Below, in pieces: positions 18,076 through 28,298 of a stretch of DNA of 64,000 nt. The position numbers and the translations under genes are program-made. Location of the stretch: assembly GCA_964583985.1 (NCBI GenBank), contig CAZOYD010000015.1, positions 1 to 64,000 of the forward strand, in the 5' to 3' direction. Below the pieces are notes generated by a model. It was not told the origin of the DNA, searched no databases, and saw only the letters and a program-made list of their open reading frames with translations. How positions within the stretch are numbered: the first letter of the stretch is position 1; every line of letters begins with the position of its first letter. The stretch comes from an uncultured archaeon (GTDB lineage Archaea > Asgardarchaeota > Lokiarchaeia > Sigyniarchaeales > SOKP01).

Positions 18076-18225
18076 TTATAATTCATCTGATATTAACTTT
18101 CGATTAATATCTCTTCTTAATATAGAGATAAATTCTTTAGTATCAGGGAATACATAAACTACATCTTCACCATTATCGTCAATAGATATCTCTTTAAAGA
18201 ATCGTCCTTTAACTTTTGTTTTCAT
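18076..18225 (-). CDS. Possible 49-aa hypothetical protein
   Basis: MKTKVKGRFFKEISIDDNGEDVVYVFPDTKEFISILRRDINRKLISDEL; protein-like composition, below the ORF-track cutoff. Confidence 0.3.
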   Translation of the reverse strand: MKTKVKGRFFKEISIDDNGEDVVYVFPDTKEFISILRRDINRKLISDEL

Positions 18226-18378
18226 ATCATTTAATATCATGAAATAATGTGAATAATTTTTGCTTCAAAAATGCACATGATATGGGCATCATATCTCCTC
18301 AAAGTTTTTGTTAAAATAGTGATTATTAGTGATAATTCAAATTAAAAAAAAATTTATTAAAATAAGTGATTCGTTAAA

Positions 18379-19482
18379 ATGACTGATGATGTTGTTTATA
18401 TTGATGCAAAAACTCTCGAAAATTTCATGAAAGATGTGTTCATGGGACTTGGTGTGCCTGAACAAGACGCTACAATAATAGCTAACGTGTTAATTACATC
18501 AGATTTAAGAGGAATTGATTCCCACGGCATTCAACGCTGTAAAATGTACTATGACCGGATTAAGGAAGGTATTTATGAAGTCACCACTAAAATTGATGTT
18601 ATCAAGGATGGCCCAACGACGGCATTATGGGATGGAAATTGTGGCATGGGACACGTGATCGCTCATAAAGCGATGAAAACAGCAATAGAGAAAGCTAAGA
18701 AATTTGGATTAGGTGCCGTGGCGGTGCGTAATTCTACTCATTTTGGGATTGCTGGCTACTATTCTCTCATGGCAATAAAAGAAGGAATGATTGGATTAGC
18801 CGTAACAAATGCAAGACCATCAATGCCCCCAACCTTTGGAGTGGAACCAATGCTAGGGACTAATCCATTAACCGTTGGGACTCCTACTGATGAAGATTTT
18901 CCTTTTTTAATTGATTGTGCCACTACTATTGTTCAAAGAGGGAAAGTAGAAGTATATGACAGGTTAAAAAAGCCGTTACCCGATGGCGTGATTATTACGG
19001 AAGATGGCAAAACAGAAACGGATGCTACTAAAGTATTGAAGGATTTAGGATTAGGGAAAGCTGCTTTATTACCGTTAGGAGGAAAAGGAGAAGAAACTTC
19101 TGGATATAAAGGGTATGGATATGCTACTTTAGTAGAACTCTTATCTGCTGCCCTTTCTGATGGAATTTTTTTAAAAGACACAATTGGAATTACTGAAAAA
19201 GGTCAAAAGCGATTAAAGGTTGGGCATTTTTTCTTAGCAGTTAATATTGAAAGCTTTTTACCACTCACCAATTTTAAAAAAACCGCAGGAAAGATAATGA
19301 GGGATTTGAGAAGTTCTAAAAAAGAGCCCGGACGGGAAAGGATATATACAGCTGGAGAAAAAGAATACATTTCCGAAAATAAAAGAAGTAAATCAGGCAT
19401 CCCTTTAAATAAAAGCTTACAAGATGATGTCAAAATTATGCAAAAGGAACTTCATCTGGATAAATACAAATTCAATTTTTAA
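18379..19482 (+). CDS. Ldh-2 family oxidoreductase (malate/L-lactate/sulfolactate dehydrogenase type), paralog 1
   Basis: DLRGIDSHG, VRNSTHFG, LGTNP, GYKGYG and GHFFLA motifs. Confidence 0.92.
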   Translation: MTDDVVYIDAKTLENFMKDVFMGLGVPEQDATIIANVLITSDLRGIDSHGIQRCKMYYDRIKEGIYEVTTKIDVIKDGPTTALWDGNCGMGHVIAHKAMKTAIEKAKKFGLGAVAVRNSTHFGIAGYYSLMAIKEGMIGLAVTNARPSMPPTFGVEPMLGTNPLTVGTPTDEDFPFLIDCATTIVQRGKVEVYDRLKKPLPDGVIITEDGKTETDATKVLKDLGLGKAALLPLGGKGEETSGYKGYGYATLVELLSAALSDGIFLKDTIGITEKGQKRLKVGHFFLAVNIESFLPLTNFKKTAGKIMRDLRSSKKEPGRERIYTAGEKEYISENKRSKSGIPLNKSLQDDVKIMQKELHLDKYKFNF

Positions 19483-19657
19483 AATTTTTTATTTAATTTT
19501 TATTATTTTCTAATTTTTGATATTAATTCGGTAGAATTATTAAAAAAATCGCTCAGAATTAATAAAATTAGAGTTAATCCCGAACTTTCAACTTATATTC
19601 AATCTGAATTTAATTAAATAGAAACATTTCTAATCAAACATACCATAAATATTTTGA

Positions 19658-20806
19658 ATGACAATGACTGAAAAAGCAAAAGCAAAATCAATTGATAATT
19701 CCCAAGACGATGATGTATTCATAAAAGCTTCAATTCTTAGAGACTTTGTTGAAGATGTATTCATAAAATTAAAAGTTCCTAAACCTGATGCTAAAATAAT
19801 TGCCCAAGGTATTATACAAGCAGATTTAAGGGGTATCGATTCTCATGGTATTCAGAGATGTAAGATGTATTTTGATCGAATCAAACAAGGTATATATAAT
19901 CCTGTAACGAATATTGAGGTAGTGAGTGATAATGAAGCAACAGCAGTAATTGATGGAAATTGTGGAATGGGTCATGTAATTGGATTTCATTCAATGAAAT
20001 TAGCAATTGCAAAAGCAAAGCGTTATGGAGTTGGAGCCGTAGCGGTGCGAAATTCTACTCATTATGGATTTGCTGGCATGTATTCTCTTATGGCAATTGA
20101 AGAAGGGATGATCGGTTTCACTACAACTAATGCAAGACCTGCAGTACCACCCACGTTTGGAGTTGAACCAATGTTGGGTACTAATCCTTTAACATATGGC
20201 GCTCCTACTGATGAGGAGTTCCCATTTCTTATAGATTGTGCAACTTCTATAATACAGAGAGGAAAAGTAGAAGTATATAATCGTACTCATAAATCTTTGC
20301 CTATTGGAGTTATTATTACCGAGGATGGAAATACTGAAACCAACCCAGAAAATGTACTTAATGACTTATACGATCGATCCGCTGCTTTATTACCTTTAGG
20401 TGGGAAAGGTGAAGCAACTTCTGGTTATAAGGGTTATGGGTATGCAACATTTGCCGAGATCTTGTCATCTGCATTACAAGATGGAATCTTTTTGAAAGAT
20501 ACAGCAGGAATTATTGAAAATGATCAAAAGAGACTGAAAGTAGGTCATTTCTTTTTGGCTATTGATATAAATCATTTTAGACCTATAAGTGGATTTAAAG
20601 AAACTACTGGGAAAATAATGCGTGAACTGAGGAATTCTAAAAAAGTTCCAGGAGTTCAAAAAATTTTTACTGCTGGAGAAAAAGAGTTCTTAAATGAAAA
20701 AGAAAATAAAATAAGGGGAATTCCTCTGAATAAAAGCGTGCAAAATGACATTAAAATCATGCAAAATGAACTAGGACTAACGCTGAAATATAGATTCCCT
20801 TTTTGA
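19658..20806 (+). CDS. Ldh-2 family oxidoreductase, paralog 2 (tandem duplicate)
   Basis: Same motifs and long identical stretches with the upstream gene (e.g. PPTFGVEPMLGTNPLT, FPFLIDCAT). Confidence 0.92.
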   Translation: MTMTEKAKAKSIDNSQDDDVFIKASILRDFVEDVFIKLKVPKPDAKIIAQGIIQADLRGIDSHGIQRCKMYFDRIKQGIYNPVTNIEVVSDNEATAVIDGNCGMGHVIGFHSMKLAIAKAKRYGVGAVAVRNSTHYGFAGMYSLMAIEEGMIGFTTTNARPAVPPTFGVEPMLGTNPLTYGAPTDEEFPFLIDCATSIIQRGKVEVYNRTHKSLPIGVIITEDGNTETNPENVLNDLYDRSAALLPLGGKGEATSGYKGYGYATFAEILSSALQDGIFLKDTAGIIENDQKRLKVGHFFLAIDINHFRPISGFKETTGKIMRELRNSKKVPGVQKIFTAGEKEFLNEKENKIRGIPLNKSVQNDIKIMQNELGLTLKYRFPF

Positions 20807-20819
20807 TTAGAAATGTTTT

Positions 20820-22271
20820 TTAAAATAAAACCCCATCTGTTCTACCTTCAATAGGTTCAGAATGCAGAATAATTTCAGTTAAGTTCTCTTCCCTAAGTAA
20901 TTCTCCTATTTCTTGTTCCAATAATGTAATAATTTCGTGTACTTTAGAGATCATAAGATTCCCATCAAAAAATATATGAAGTTCAAGTATGCAGCAATCT
21001 GGAGCATTCCAAAATTCTAATCCATGAAAACCTCTCACTTCTTCTGTATTTCTTAACAAATCTTCCAATGAGTTCTGTAATTTAACTTTCTTTTCTAATT
21101 CAATGGGAGTGCAGATAAGATTATCTACCAGTAATTTTTTTTCTAATGTCCTTGGTTCAATGTGAGTAATAATACGGGAAATTAAAGGTTCTTGAGTTTT
21201 TAATTGTTTCTCAAATTTACTGCTTACATTATGAGCCTCTTCTAAAGAAATTTCTTCATTTACTATGATTGTAACAGATATAAAATATTTTTCCTCTATT
21301 CTAAACACGTTTAGATTCTGAAAATATATTATTTCTTCAAACTCTGCTCTCATGGAATATAAAAGGTTGATTATTTTCTCACCAATCGACGCTTCTCCAC
21401 TCAGTGGATTCATCTCTATCATCGTTTCAACTTTATAAGAAGAGAAGTATTTTTTCGTCAAATTATTGATAGATTTAGTAATTTCGTTGGCATGTATTAA
21501 AGGAATATGATCCTCTACTAATATACGTGCTTCTACAAATAGTAGATCTCCACTAACCCGAACTTTAAAATCTTCTAAAGCATTTACATGATCTAAATTG
21601 AGGACCTTTTGTTTTATCTCTTCTAAAATTAGAGCACTTATGGGATTTACGTCTAATAAATCTTTAATTCCTTTCTTCGAAAGTTTAATTGCTGTAAAAA
21701 TGATCCAAATGGATAAAATTATGCTAAAAATAGGATCGAGAAATTCTATACTTAAAAATAAGGCAACCATAAAGTTTATTATAATCAAAAGCGCTCTCAT
21801 TGAATCTTGGAAAAGGTTTAGTCCCTGAATTTTAAGAGATAGGCTATTTTGTTTCCTTCCTTGCCACATTAATATTCTTGAGAATATAATGTTGATTATA
21901 AATGAGATAATTATTAATTGAAGCCCCAAGCCAGGATTCATAAAGCCATATGTTTTTTGCATGAGAGACTGGACTGCTGTAAAAATTATAATTCCATATA
22001 AATTAATCAAAATGATTCCTTGAATCAATCCCCCTATTGAATCGATCTTTTTATGACCATACATGTGTTCAAAATCAGGAGGTTTTTGACTTAAATAAAT
22101 GGAATATATTGTTATAATAACAAAAAAAATATCCGTTAAGGTATCAACGGTCTCTGATAAAAAGCCCAAACTCCCAGTTATTAGCACACCACCCAATTTT
22201 ATTATGGATTGAATTAGTATTACAAAAAATGCAGCTATTCCATACTTTATTTTTATATCCATGCAATTCAC
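20820..22271 (-). CDS. Cation diffusion facilitator with three C-terminal dimerisation (ZT_dimer) domains
   Basis: KPPDFEHMYGHKKID and 6 TM segments, followed by three repeats ending TMIEMNP, IITHIEP and IILHSEP. Confidence 0.88.
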   Translation of the reverse strand: MNCMDIKIKYGIAAFFVILIQSIIKLGGVLITGSLGFLSETVDTLTDIFFVIITIYSIYLSQKPPDFEHMYGHKKIDSIGGLIQGIILINLYGIIIFTAVQSLMQKTYGFMNPGLGLQLIIISFIINIIFSRILMWQGRKQNSLSLKIQGLNLFQDSMRALLIIINFMVALFLSIEFLDPIFSIILSIWIIFTAIKLSKKGIKDLLDVNPISALILEEIKQKVLNLDHVNALEDFKVRVSGDLLFVEARILVEDHIPLIHANEITKSINNLTKKYFSSYKVETMIEMNPLSGEASIGEKIINLLYSMRAEFEEIIYFQNLNVFRIEEKYFISVTIIVNEEISLEEAHNVSSKFEKQLKTQEPLISRIITHIEPRTLEKKLLVDNLICTPIELEKKVKLQNSLEDLLRNTEEVRGFHGLEFWNAPDCCILELHIFFDGNLMISKVHEIITLLEQEIGELLREENLTEIILHSEPIEGRTDGVLF

Positions 22272-22329
22272 TTTTTTTAGGTAAAAGATCTTAAGAAATT
22301 AAAAAAAAAAAAAGTTATGTAAAAAAAAG

Positions 22330-23562
22330 TTACAAATCTCTTGGAATTTTCATTTCAATATTCGAAATTGGATACGAAGCACACGGGTGGAAGTAATTAA
22401 ACTTTTTATCTGCAGATCGTCGCCAATCTGAAATTGGATTGATAAACACTTCTCCCGATACAAGAAGCGATCGACAAAATCCACATTCTCCAGAACGGCA
22501 TTTTGATGGTGGGGCTAAATTTGCCCTCTCTAATGCAACCAAAACAGATTCAGTGGCTAAAGCTGGAATTTCTTTAGAAAGACCTCCAATTTGAACTTTA
22601 AGCTTGAAACCTTTATCCGCAAGCTCCTTAGGAAAGCCTGGATATTTTAAAATATCTTTAATTTCTCCAAATGCTTCTCTACGGACACGTTTGACGGGTA
22701 AATTAAACTTATTGAGCTCTTTTTCTATAAAATCATACATAACCTGTGGTCCACATATAAAAAAGGTGGACGCGTGAACGTCGCAATATTTTCCTATGAT
22801 CTCGCCAGTAATGAATCCTTTTTCACATCCTTCCAAAGAGACTTCCTCACAACTCAGCACGTGGATGATTTTAATTTTAGTAGGGTTATTTTTCTCCATC
22901 TCTTTAAATTCATCATAGAAAATTATATCATCCTCTTCAGAACTTCCATATAATAATGTTAAACGAGCATCGATTTTACCTTCAATTATTGCTTTTGCAA
23001 TAGATCTAAAAGGAGTAATTCCAGATCCTCCCGCAATTCCAACAATGTTTTTCAAATCTCTCAATCTCTCAAAAAAGAAGAATCCTTCTGGACCTGAACT
23101 TTCTATCTTTGTACCAATATCCCAATTCTTCCAGAGATAATTGGTTAAGAATCCATTCTCTTCTTTTTTAATCGTGATTTCATAAAATCCATTAGCAACA
23201 TCTGTTGGCGAGGACGCAATTGAATAAGGTCTGGTGATTCGAACACCATTAACGTCAACTTTTAAGCTGAGATATTGACCCGGTCTAAAATACGATAATT
23301 TTTTAGTCTCTGATTCAGGATCGGGAATCAATTTATAGGTTTTAGTAGATCTAGTTTCCTCTTTAATAGCATCAATTATTAAAAATTGTCGCTCGGGATG
23401 TAATTTTCTCGCAAGGTCATTTATTGGATCTTTTGTAATTGGCTCGCTTGATGCACGTTCTATCCGTTTCATTCTATTAGGTACTAACTTAGTGAAAGCA
23501 AATAAGTCCTTTGTATTGCTTTTAACCGTGATGTTTAGTTTTTTCTTATTTCCTTCATTCAT
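22330..23562 (-). CDS. FNR-type FAD/NAD(P)H oxidoreductase with C-terminal [2Fe-2S] domain, copy 1
   Basis: FRPGQY, RPYSIASSP, IAGGSGITPF, FFICGP and CRSGECGFC..C motifs. Confidence 0.9.
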   Translation of the reverse strand: MNEGNKKKLNITVKSNTKDLFAFTKLVPNRMKRIERASSEPITKDPINDLARKLHPERQFLIIDAIKEETRSTKTYKLIPDPESETKKLSYFRPGQYLSLKVDVNGVRITRPYSIASSPTDVANGFYEITIKKEENGFLTNYLWKNWDIGTKIESSGPEGFFFFERLRDLKNIVGIAGGSGITPFRSIAKAIIEGKIDARLTLLYGSSEEDDIIFYDEFKEMEKNNPTKIKIIHVLSCEEVSLEGCEKGFITGEIIGKYCDVHASTFFICGPQVMYDFIEKELNKFNLPVKRVRREAFGEIKDILKYPGFPKELADKGFKLKVQIGGLSKEIPALATESVLVALERANLAPPSKCRSGECGFCRSLLVSGEVFINPISDWRRSADKKFNYFHPCASYPISNIEMKIPRDL

Positions 23563-25127
23563 GCATTATCACGCTCCTTCATTATTTTAGCATAAGTTAA
23601 TTGAGCTGATATCATCCCATCACCGAGAGCGCTACTATATCCATGTAATCGCCTGTTAAATCCACCTGCAAATTCTAATCCTTCGATATATACATCTTTT
23701 CCCATGCTCATTAATCGGGGTACAATAGAATCCCACGACTCTGGTTCATATCCATAAAAAATCCCTTTATAGTGCCTTGTATAACGTGCAAATGTAGCAG
23801 GAGTCGCTATTTCAATTTCTTCAATATGATCTCTTATAGATGTTCCCGTAGCTTTTTCAAAATTAATTAATAATTCTTCCGCAATTTTGGTTTTCGTGTC
23901 ATGGTAATCTTCAGGTTTCACATTTTCCCAAGGTTCAGATTTATAAAGTGTTGTAATATCTAATATGCATGTTCCGGGGGGTGAACAATCAGGAAGTGCA
24001 TTATTAAGAACTACACATGCTAATCCTTTAGGTGGTTTAAGAACTGTCCATGAATCATATAAAGCTTCAGTATTCATGCTATCCATAATAAAATAACCAT
24101 ATTCAGTTAAACCTAACTCCTCTGCAGAAGCATCCAAGCCTGCATAAATGACAAAACCTGTTAATCCATGAATACGAGCATTAACATCCTTATATGCAAT
24201 TTCTGGAACTTCTGATTTTGGGTAGATTAATTTATTGTAGGTTAATGTTGGAGACGCATTACATATTACATAATTTGTTTTAAATTTATCTCCATTCACA
24301 GTTTCCACTCCAGTTATTTTTCCATTCTCAACAAGTATCTTTTCAACTCTTGTATTATATTCTATTCTCCCTCCATACTCCCTGATTTTCTTATCAAATG
24401 CGGTTGTAAAACCATGCGATCTATTTGTTGGAATCCAACCTCCAAGATCAGCATAATTTTGAACCATTGTACAATAAATTGTAAAATTTATTCTACTGAT
24501 GGGTAAACCTAGATATGCCCAATATCCATTTAAAATATCTTGTGCCTTTTTAGGAATCCCCAACGCATCTTCTACCTCTTGAGTTGAATAAGCAGCAGTT
24601 TTAAGAAAATTTGAATATTCCTTCATTAAAACTCCTTGATCCGGTTTTCCTCCTGTTGATCCTATATAATTAAAAGCTTCACCTATTTCCTCTGCTAAAT
24701 CAAAGAATTTTTTAACTGATTCCCTACTGCCTGGAACTTCTTTTTCAATAGCATCGATCATATTTTCAACTCCAAATGGCATGGTAACATCCATTTTTTC
24801 ATTAGGATCAGTCACTATTAGTCGATAAGCTTCAGGAACTTGAACAAATTCAGTATCTAATTTAAATCTGTCTTCAAACATTCTTCTCACGTTACCCTTA
24901 TTAGTTTCAGGTCCATAACTAGCAAGTTCATGTAATGAAGTTTCAAATTCAAATCGCCCTCTGACAAAACTCGTCGCAACTCCACCTGGTAAATTATGTT
25001 GTTCCAGCATTAATACTTTTAAACCTTTTTGAGCAAGAAACGCTGTCGCAGAAAGCCCTCCATTTCCTGCTCCAATAACTACAACATCATAAGAGTCTTC
25101 AAGATTTTGTTCCTTTTTATTACTCAT
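23559..25127 (-). CDS. Phytoene-desaturase/RetSat-like FAD-dependent oxidoreductase, copy 1
   Basis: VVVIGAGNGG, EQHNLPGG..TSFVRGRFEFE, EIEIATPATFARYT; overlaps the reductase gene by 4 nt. Confidence 0.85.
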   Translation of the reverse strand: MSNKKEQNLEDSYDVVVIGAGNGGLSATAFLAQKGLKVLMLEQHNLPGGVATSFVRGRFEFETSLHELASYGPETNKGNVRRMFEDRFKLDTEFVQVPEAYRLIVTDPNEKMDVTMPFGVENMIDAIEKEVPGSRESVKKFFDLAEEIGEAFNYIGSTGGKPDQGVLMKEYSNFLKTAAYSTQEVEDALGIPKKAQDILNGYWAYLGLPISRINFTIYCTMVQNYADLGGWIPTNRSHGFTTAFDKKIREYGGRIEYNTRVEKILVENGKITGVETVNGDKFKTNYVICNASPTLTYNKLIYPKSEVPEIAYKDVNARIHGLTGFVIYAGLDASAEELGLTEYGYFIMDSMNTEALYDSWTVLKPPKGLACVVLNNALPDCSPPGTCILDITTLYKSEPWENVKPEDYHDTKTKIAEELLINFEKATGTSIRDHIEEIEIATPATFARYTRHYKGIFYGYEPESWDSIVPRLMSMGKDVYIEGLEFAGGFNRRLHGYSSALGDGMISAQLTYAKIMKERDNA

Positions 25128-25312
25128 AATCTCATTCTCTTTTTTTTATTATAATTTCATAATTCTTTATTTATTTTGAATTTGATAATTTTATATTAAA
25201 AAATATTCCTTGCTTTTTCATTGGGAATTTAATAAAACACCAAATTTTTTTTAACAAATTTTAATAGTTACAAAATCAATCTTTAACTAAATTAACTTTT
25301 AAGGAATTAACT

Positions 25313-28264
25313 ATGCAAGTATTAGATGTAGAAAAAGAACTTGAGAATTTTAAAGGGCAGCTAAATTTACTCGCCATGATCTTCGATACCCGCAGAAAAA
25401 TGCGTAGAGAAATTTATAATGAAAAAACCGGTTTCATTTTTAATGCAAAATATCAATTCACAACAAAGGATGATGCTTTCAATGTTTATGTAATTTTTAA
25501 AGATGGAAAGATGACTGTCGCTGATGGAAAAATTGAGCATCCTAATATCACAATTTATTATAAAGATAAAGAGACTTTAGCTAATCTTTATAGCAAGAGT
25601 GCCGAAGAATCTCTCGATTATCTTTTAACTAATGAAATGGGATATATAGGAAACATGAGTTATCTTACAAAATTCTCTTATCTTACTTCGCTTGTAATGG
25701 GGGCTAAAATTAAGGATTATAAAGGTCCTGAAAATCGCTTGCTTTATCCAATTAAAGATATTGACAATAGAAAAATCAAAAATGAAACTTTAAATCATAA
25801 AATTGATAAAGTTCAAGTATTAGAAGATCCTTATTTAGCAAAATATTCAATAAACGATTTTCCTCGGCTAAAATATTTGAAAAATCGGAGATTTGCCTTA
25901 AAACCAGCAATTTGCGTGGAAAGGGCGAAATTAGTCACAGAATATCACATGGAAAATGGTTTTGAAGTAGATAAATCCGGAAATCCTTTTGATCCAGAAC
26001 TACGACAAGCTGGAGCGGTGAATTATATAATGGCGAATAAACAGCCTATAATTCACGATGCGCATCTTATTGCTGGCTCCACTACTTCAAAAGAAGTCGG
26101 TATACCAATGTATCCAGAACTAATTGCGACAGCAATATGGCCGGAATTAAAAACAATTGGCGAACGAGAACTTAATCCGAACGATATTTCGGATAAAGAT
26201 GCTGATATTTTGAGCCTTGAAGTTTTTCCTTATTGGATGGAACGAAATGTGAGGGAATTTTGCAGAACAAAAAATAATAATCCAAAATCCCAAGCACTTG
26301 AGGAAGGGTGGGTTTTCTATTTTATGATGAAGACTAATGCTATCAGCCATACCGTCCCTGGATTTCCAATGGTGATCAATGAGGGCTTAGAAAGCATAAA
26401 AAGTAAAGCGGAGAAATTAGAACAAGAAACTAAGGATACAGAGAAAAAGAATTTTTATAAAGCGGTTCAAATCGCAATCGACGGAGTATTGATCTATTCA
26501 AAACACTTGAGTGAGGAAGCACTTAGAATTGCTTCCAATTTGGATCCTAATAACCCAGATCAAGCAAAAAGAATTATAGAATTGAAGGAGATCTCAAGAA
26601 TATGCGCTAAAGTTCCCGCAAAGCCAGCAGAAACACTTCAAGAGGCAATTCAATCAATCTGGACCAGCTTTGTATGCCTACATTGTGAGAATGCCAATTC
26701 TGCATTGTCTATTGGTCGACTTGATCAGATGTTACAACCCTTCTTCTTAAGTGATATTGAAAAAGCTGGTAATGAAGAAGAGAAACAAAATGTTATAAAA
26801 CGTGCTATTGAATTAGTAGGGTCCTTATTTCTAAGAATAAACGATCACGATCCATTAATGCCGAACGTGGGATGGAAGTTATTTGGGGGTAGCTCTTCAG
26901 ATGACACTGTAACTGTTGGAGGTGTGGATAAAGAAGGCAATAATGCAGTTAACGACATGTCATTTATCATCTTAAAAGCAAATGAAATGCTAGGTTTTCA
27001 AGATCCCAACATGAATGCCAGATATTATTCTGGGATTAATTCGAAGGAGTATTTACGAAGACTTACCGAAGTAAACATTAATATGGGGGCATCTCCAAGC
27101 ATTCACAATGATAAAACAATGATTGAAGCATTGGTCCATGAAGGTTTTTCATTGGAAGATGCAAGAGACTGGGCTGTTACCGGTTGTGTGGAACCTACTA
27201 TTGTAGGGAAACATTATGGTCATACAAATTGCATGCTTTTGAACTTAGTAGCTCCCTTAGAAATGGCATTAAATAACGGAGTTATTCCATTAACAGGAGA
27301 TAAAATGGGTATTGAAACTGGGGACGTTCGATTAGCGTTTCCCACTTTCAATGATTTTCTTGATGCTTACAAGGCACAACTGAAATATTTGGCTGAACAA
27401 TCAATTGAGATAAATAATTTTCTTGGAGAAGCGCATGAAATCATTCATCCAACACCTCTCTTATCTGGATTCTATAAAGGTCCTTTAGAAAAGGGTAAAG
27501 ATCTCATAAAAGGGGGAGCAATTTATAACACATCGGGCGTTGCACTTGTAGCGCTCACTGATGTTATTGACAGTTTATTAGTTATTAGAGATTTAGTCTA
27601 TAATAAAAAAGAAATTGATTTTGGTACCTTAATGGATGCATTACAAAACGATTTTGAAGGTTATGAGTCCATTTTAAATAAAATAGATCAAGTTCCTAAA
27701 TTTGGATCCGGTGAAGATTCTACAATCAAATTAGCCCAAGATATTATTGATTTTTGTTATGGGATATACAATTCTGCTGATAATTATAGGGGTGGTAAAT
27801 ATTTAGTCGGTTACTGGTCAATAAGCTACCATACCGGATTTGGAATGCTCACGGGCGCGTTACCATCGGGACGTAAAAAAGGAAAGGCTTTAACACCTGG
27901 ATTGACTCCTGCTCCAGGAACTACTGATATATTACTCCCTAGCATTCAGAGTGTTGCAGCTTTGGATTATTTAAAAATGGCTAACAATGCCTCATATAAT
28001 GTAAAGTTGGTTCCTCACGCTGGAGATAGTCATGAAAAAACATTAGATTTATTTACTAGTTATGTTCAGAGCTTTTTTGATTTGAATGGAATGCAGTGGC
28101 AATTTAATGTTGTATCAACAAATACTTTGAAAGATGCAATGGTCAATCCAGTAGATTATAGATGGTTATTAGTCAGAGTTTCAGGCTATAATGCATATTT
28201 TACGAAATTAAATAAAAATATGCAATTAGAAATAATTGAACGACATGAATATCAACCCAAATAA
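25313..28264 (+). CDS. Glycyl radical enzyme (PFL2/eliminase type) with N-terminal SCP2-like domain
   Basis: SIGRLDQ, TVGG, single-Cys GCVEP active-site loop and C-terminal LLVRVSGY glycyl motif. An extra ~130 aa N-terminal domain (YQFTTKD..YVIFKDGKMTVADG..PNITI..IGNMSYLTKF) resembles SCP2. Confidence 0.88.
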   Translation: MQVLDVEKELENFKGQLNLLAMIFDTRRKMRREIYNEKTGFIFNAKYQFTTKDDAFNVYVIFKDGKMTVADGKIEHPNITIYYKDKETLANLYSKSAEESLDYLLTNEMGYIGNMSYLTKFSYLTSLVMGAKIKDYKGPENRLLYPIKDIDNRKIKNETLNHKIDKVQVLEDPYLAKYSINDFPRLKYLKNRRFALKPAICVERAKLVTEYHMENGFEVDKSGNPFDPELRQAGAVNYIMANKQPIIHDAHLIAGSTTSKEVGIPMYPELIATAIWPELKTIGERELNPNDISDKDADILSLEVFPYWMERNVREFCRTKNNNPKSQALEEGWVFYFMMKTNAISHTVPGFPMVINEGLESIKSKAEKLEQETKDTEKKNFYKAVQIAIDGVLIYSKHLSEEALRIASNLDPNNPDQAKRIIELKEISRICAKVPAKPAETLQEAIQSIWTSFVCLHCENANSALSIGRLDQMLQPFFLSDIEKAGNEEEKQNVIKRAIELVGSLFLRINDHDPLMPNVGWKLFGGSSSDDTVTVGGVDKEGNNAVNDMSFIILKANEMLGFQDPNMNARYYSGINSKEYLRRLTEVNINMGASPSIHNDKTMIEALVHEGFSLEDARDWAVTGCVEPTIVGKHYGHTNCMLLNLVAPLEMALNNGVIPLTGDKMGIETGDVRLAFPTFNDFLDAYKAQLKYLAEQSIEINNFLGEAHEIIHPTPLLSGFYKGPLEKGKDLIKGGAIYNTSGVALVALTDVIDSLLVIRDLVYNKKEIDFGTLMDALQNDFEGYESILNKIDQVPKFGSGEDSTIKLAQDIIDFCYGIYNSADNYRGGKYLVGYWSISYHTGFGMLTGALPSGRKKGKALTPGLTPAPGTTDILLPSIQSVAALDYLKMANNASYNVKLVPHAGDSHEKTLDLFTSYVQSFFDLNGMQWQFNVVSTNTLKDAMVNPVDYRWLLVRVSGYNAYFTKLNKNMQLEIIERHEYQPK

Positions 28265-28298
28265 ATTAATTCCTTTTCTATTTTTATATCTTTAAGTA

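Noticed and set aside
23559-25127. Carotenoid biosynthesis (crtI)
   Set aside because: No phytoene synthase or cyclase is nearby and only family-level motifs are present, so the substrate cannot be assigned.
25313-28264. Annotation as pyruvate formate-lyase (pflB)
   Set aside because: The active-site loop has a single Cys (GCVEP), not the Cys-Cys pair of PFL, and the activase has the ferredoxin insert typical of non-PFL GREs.
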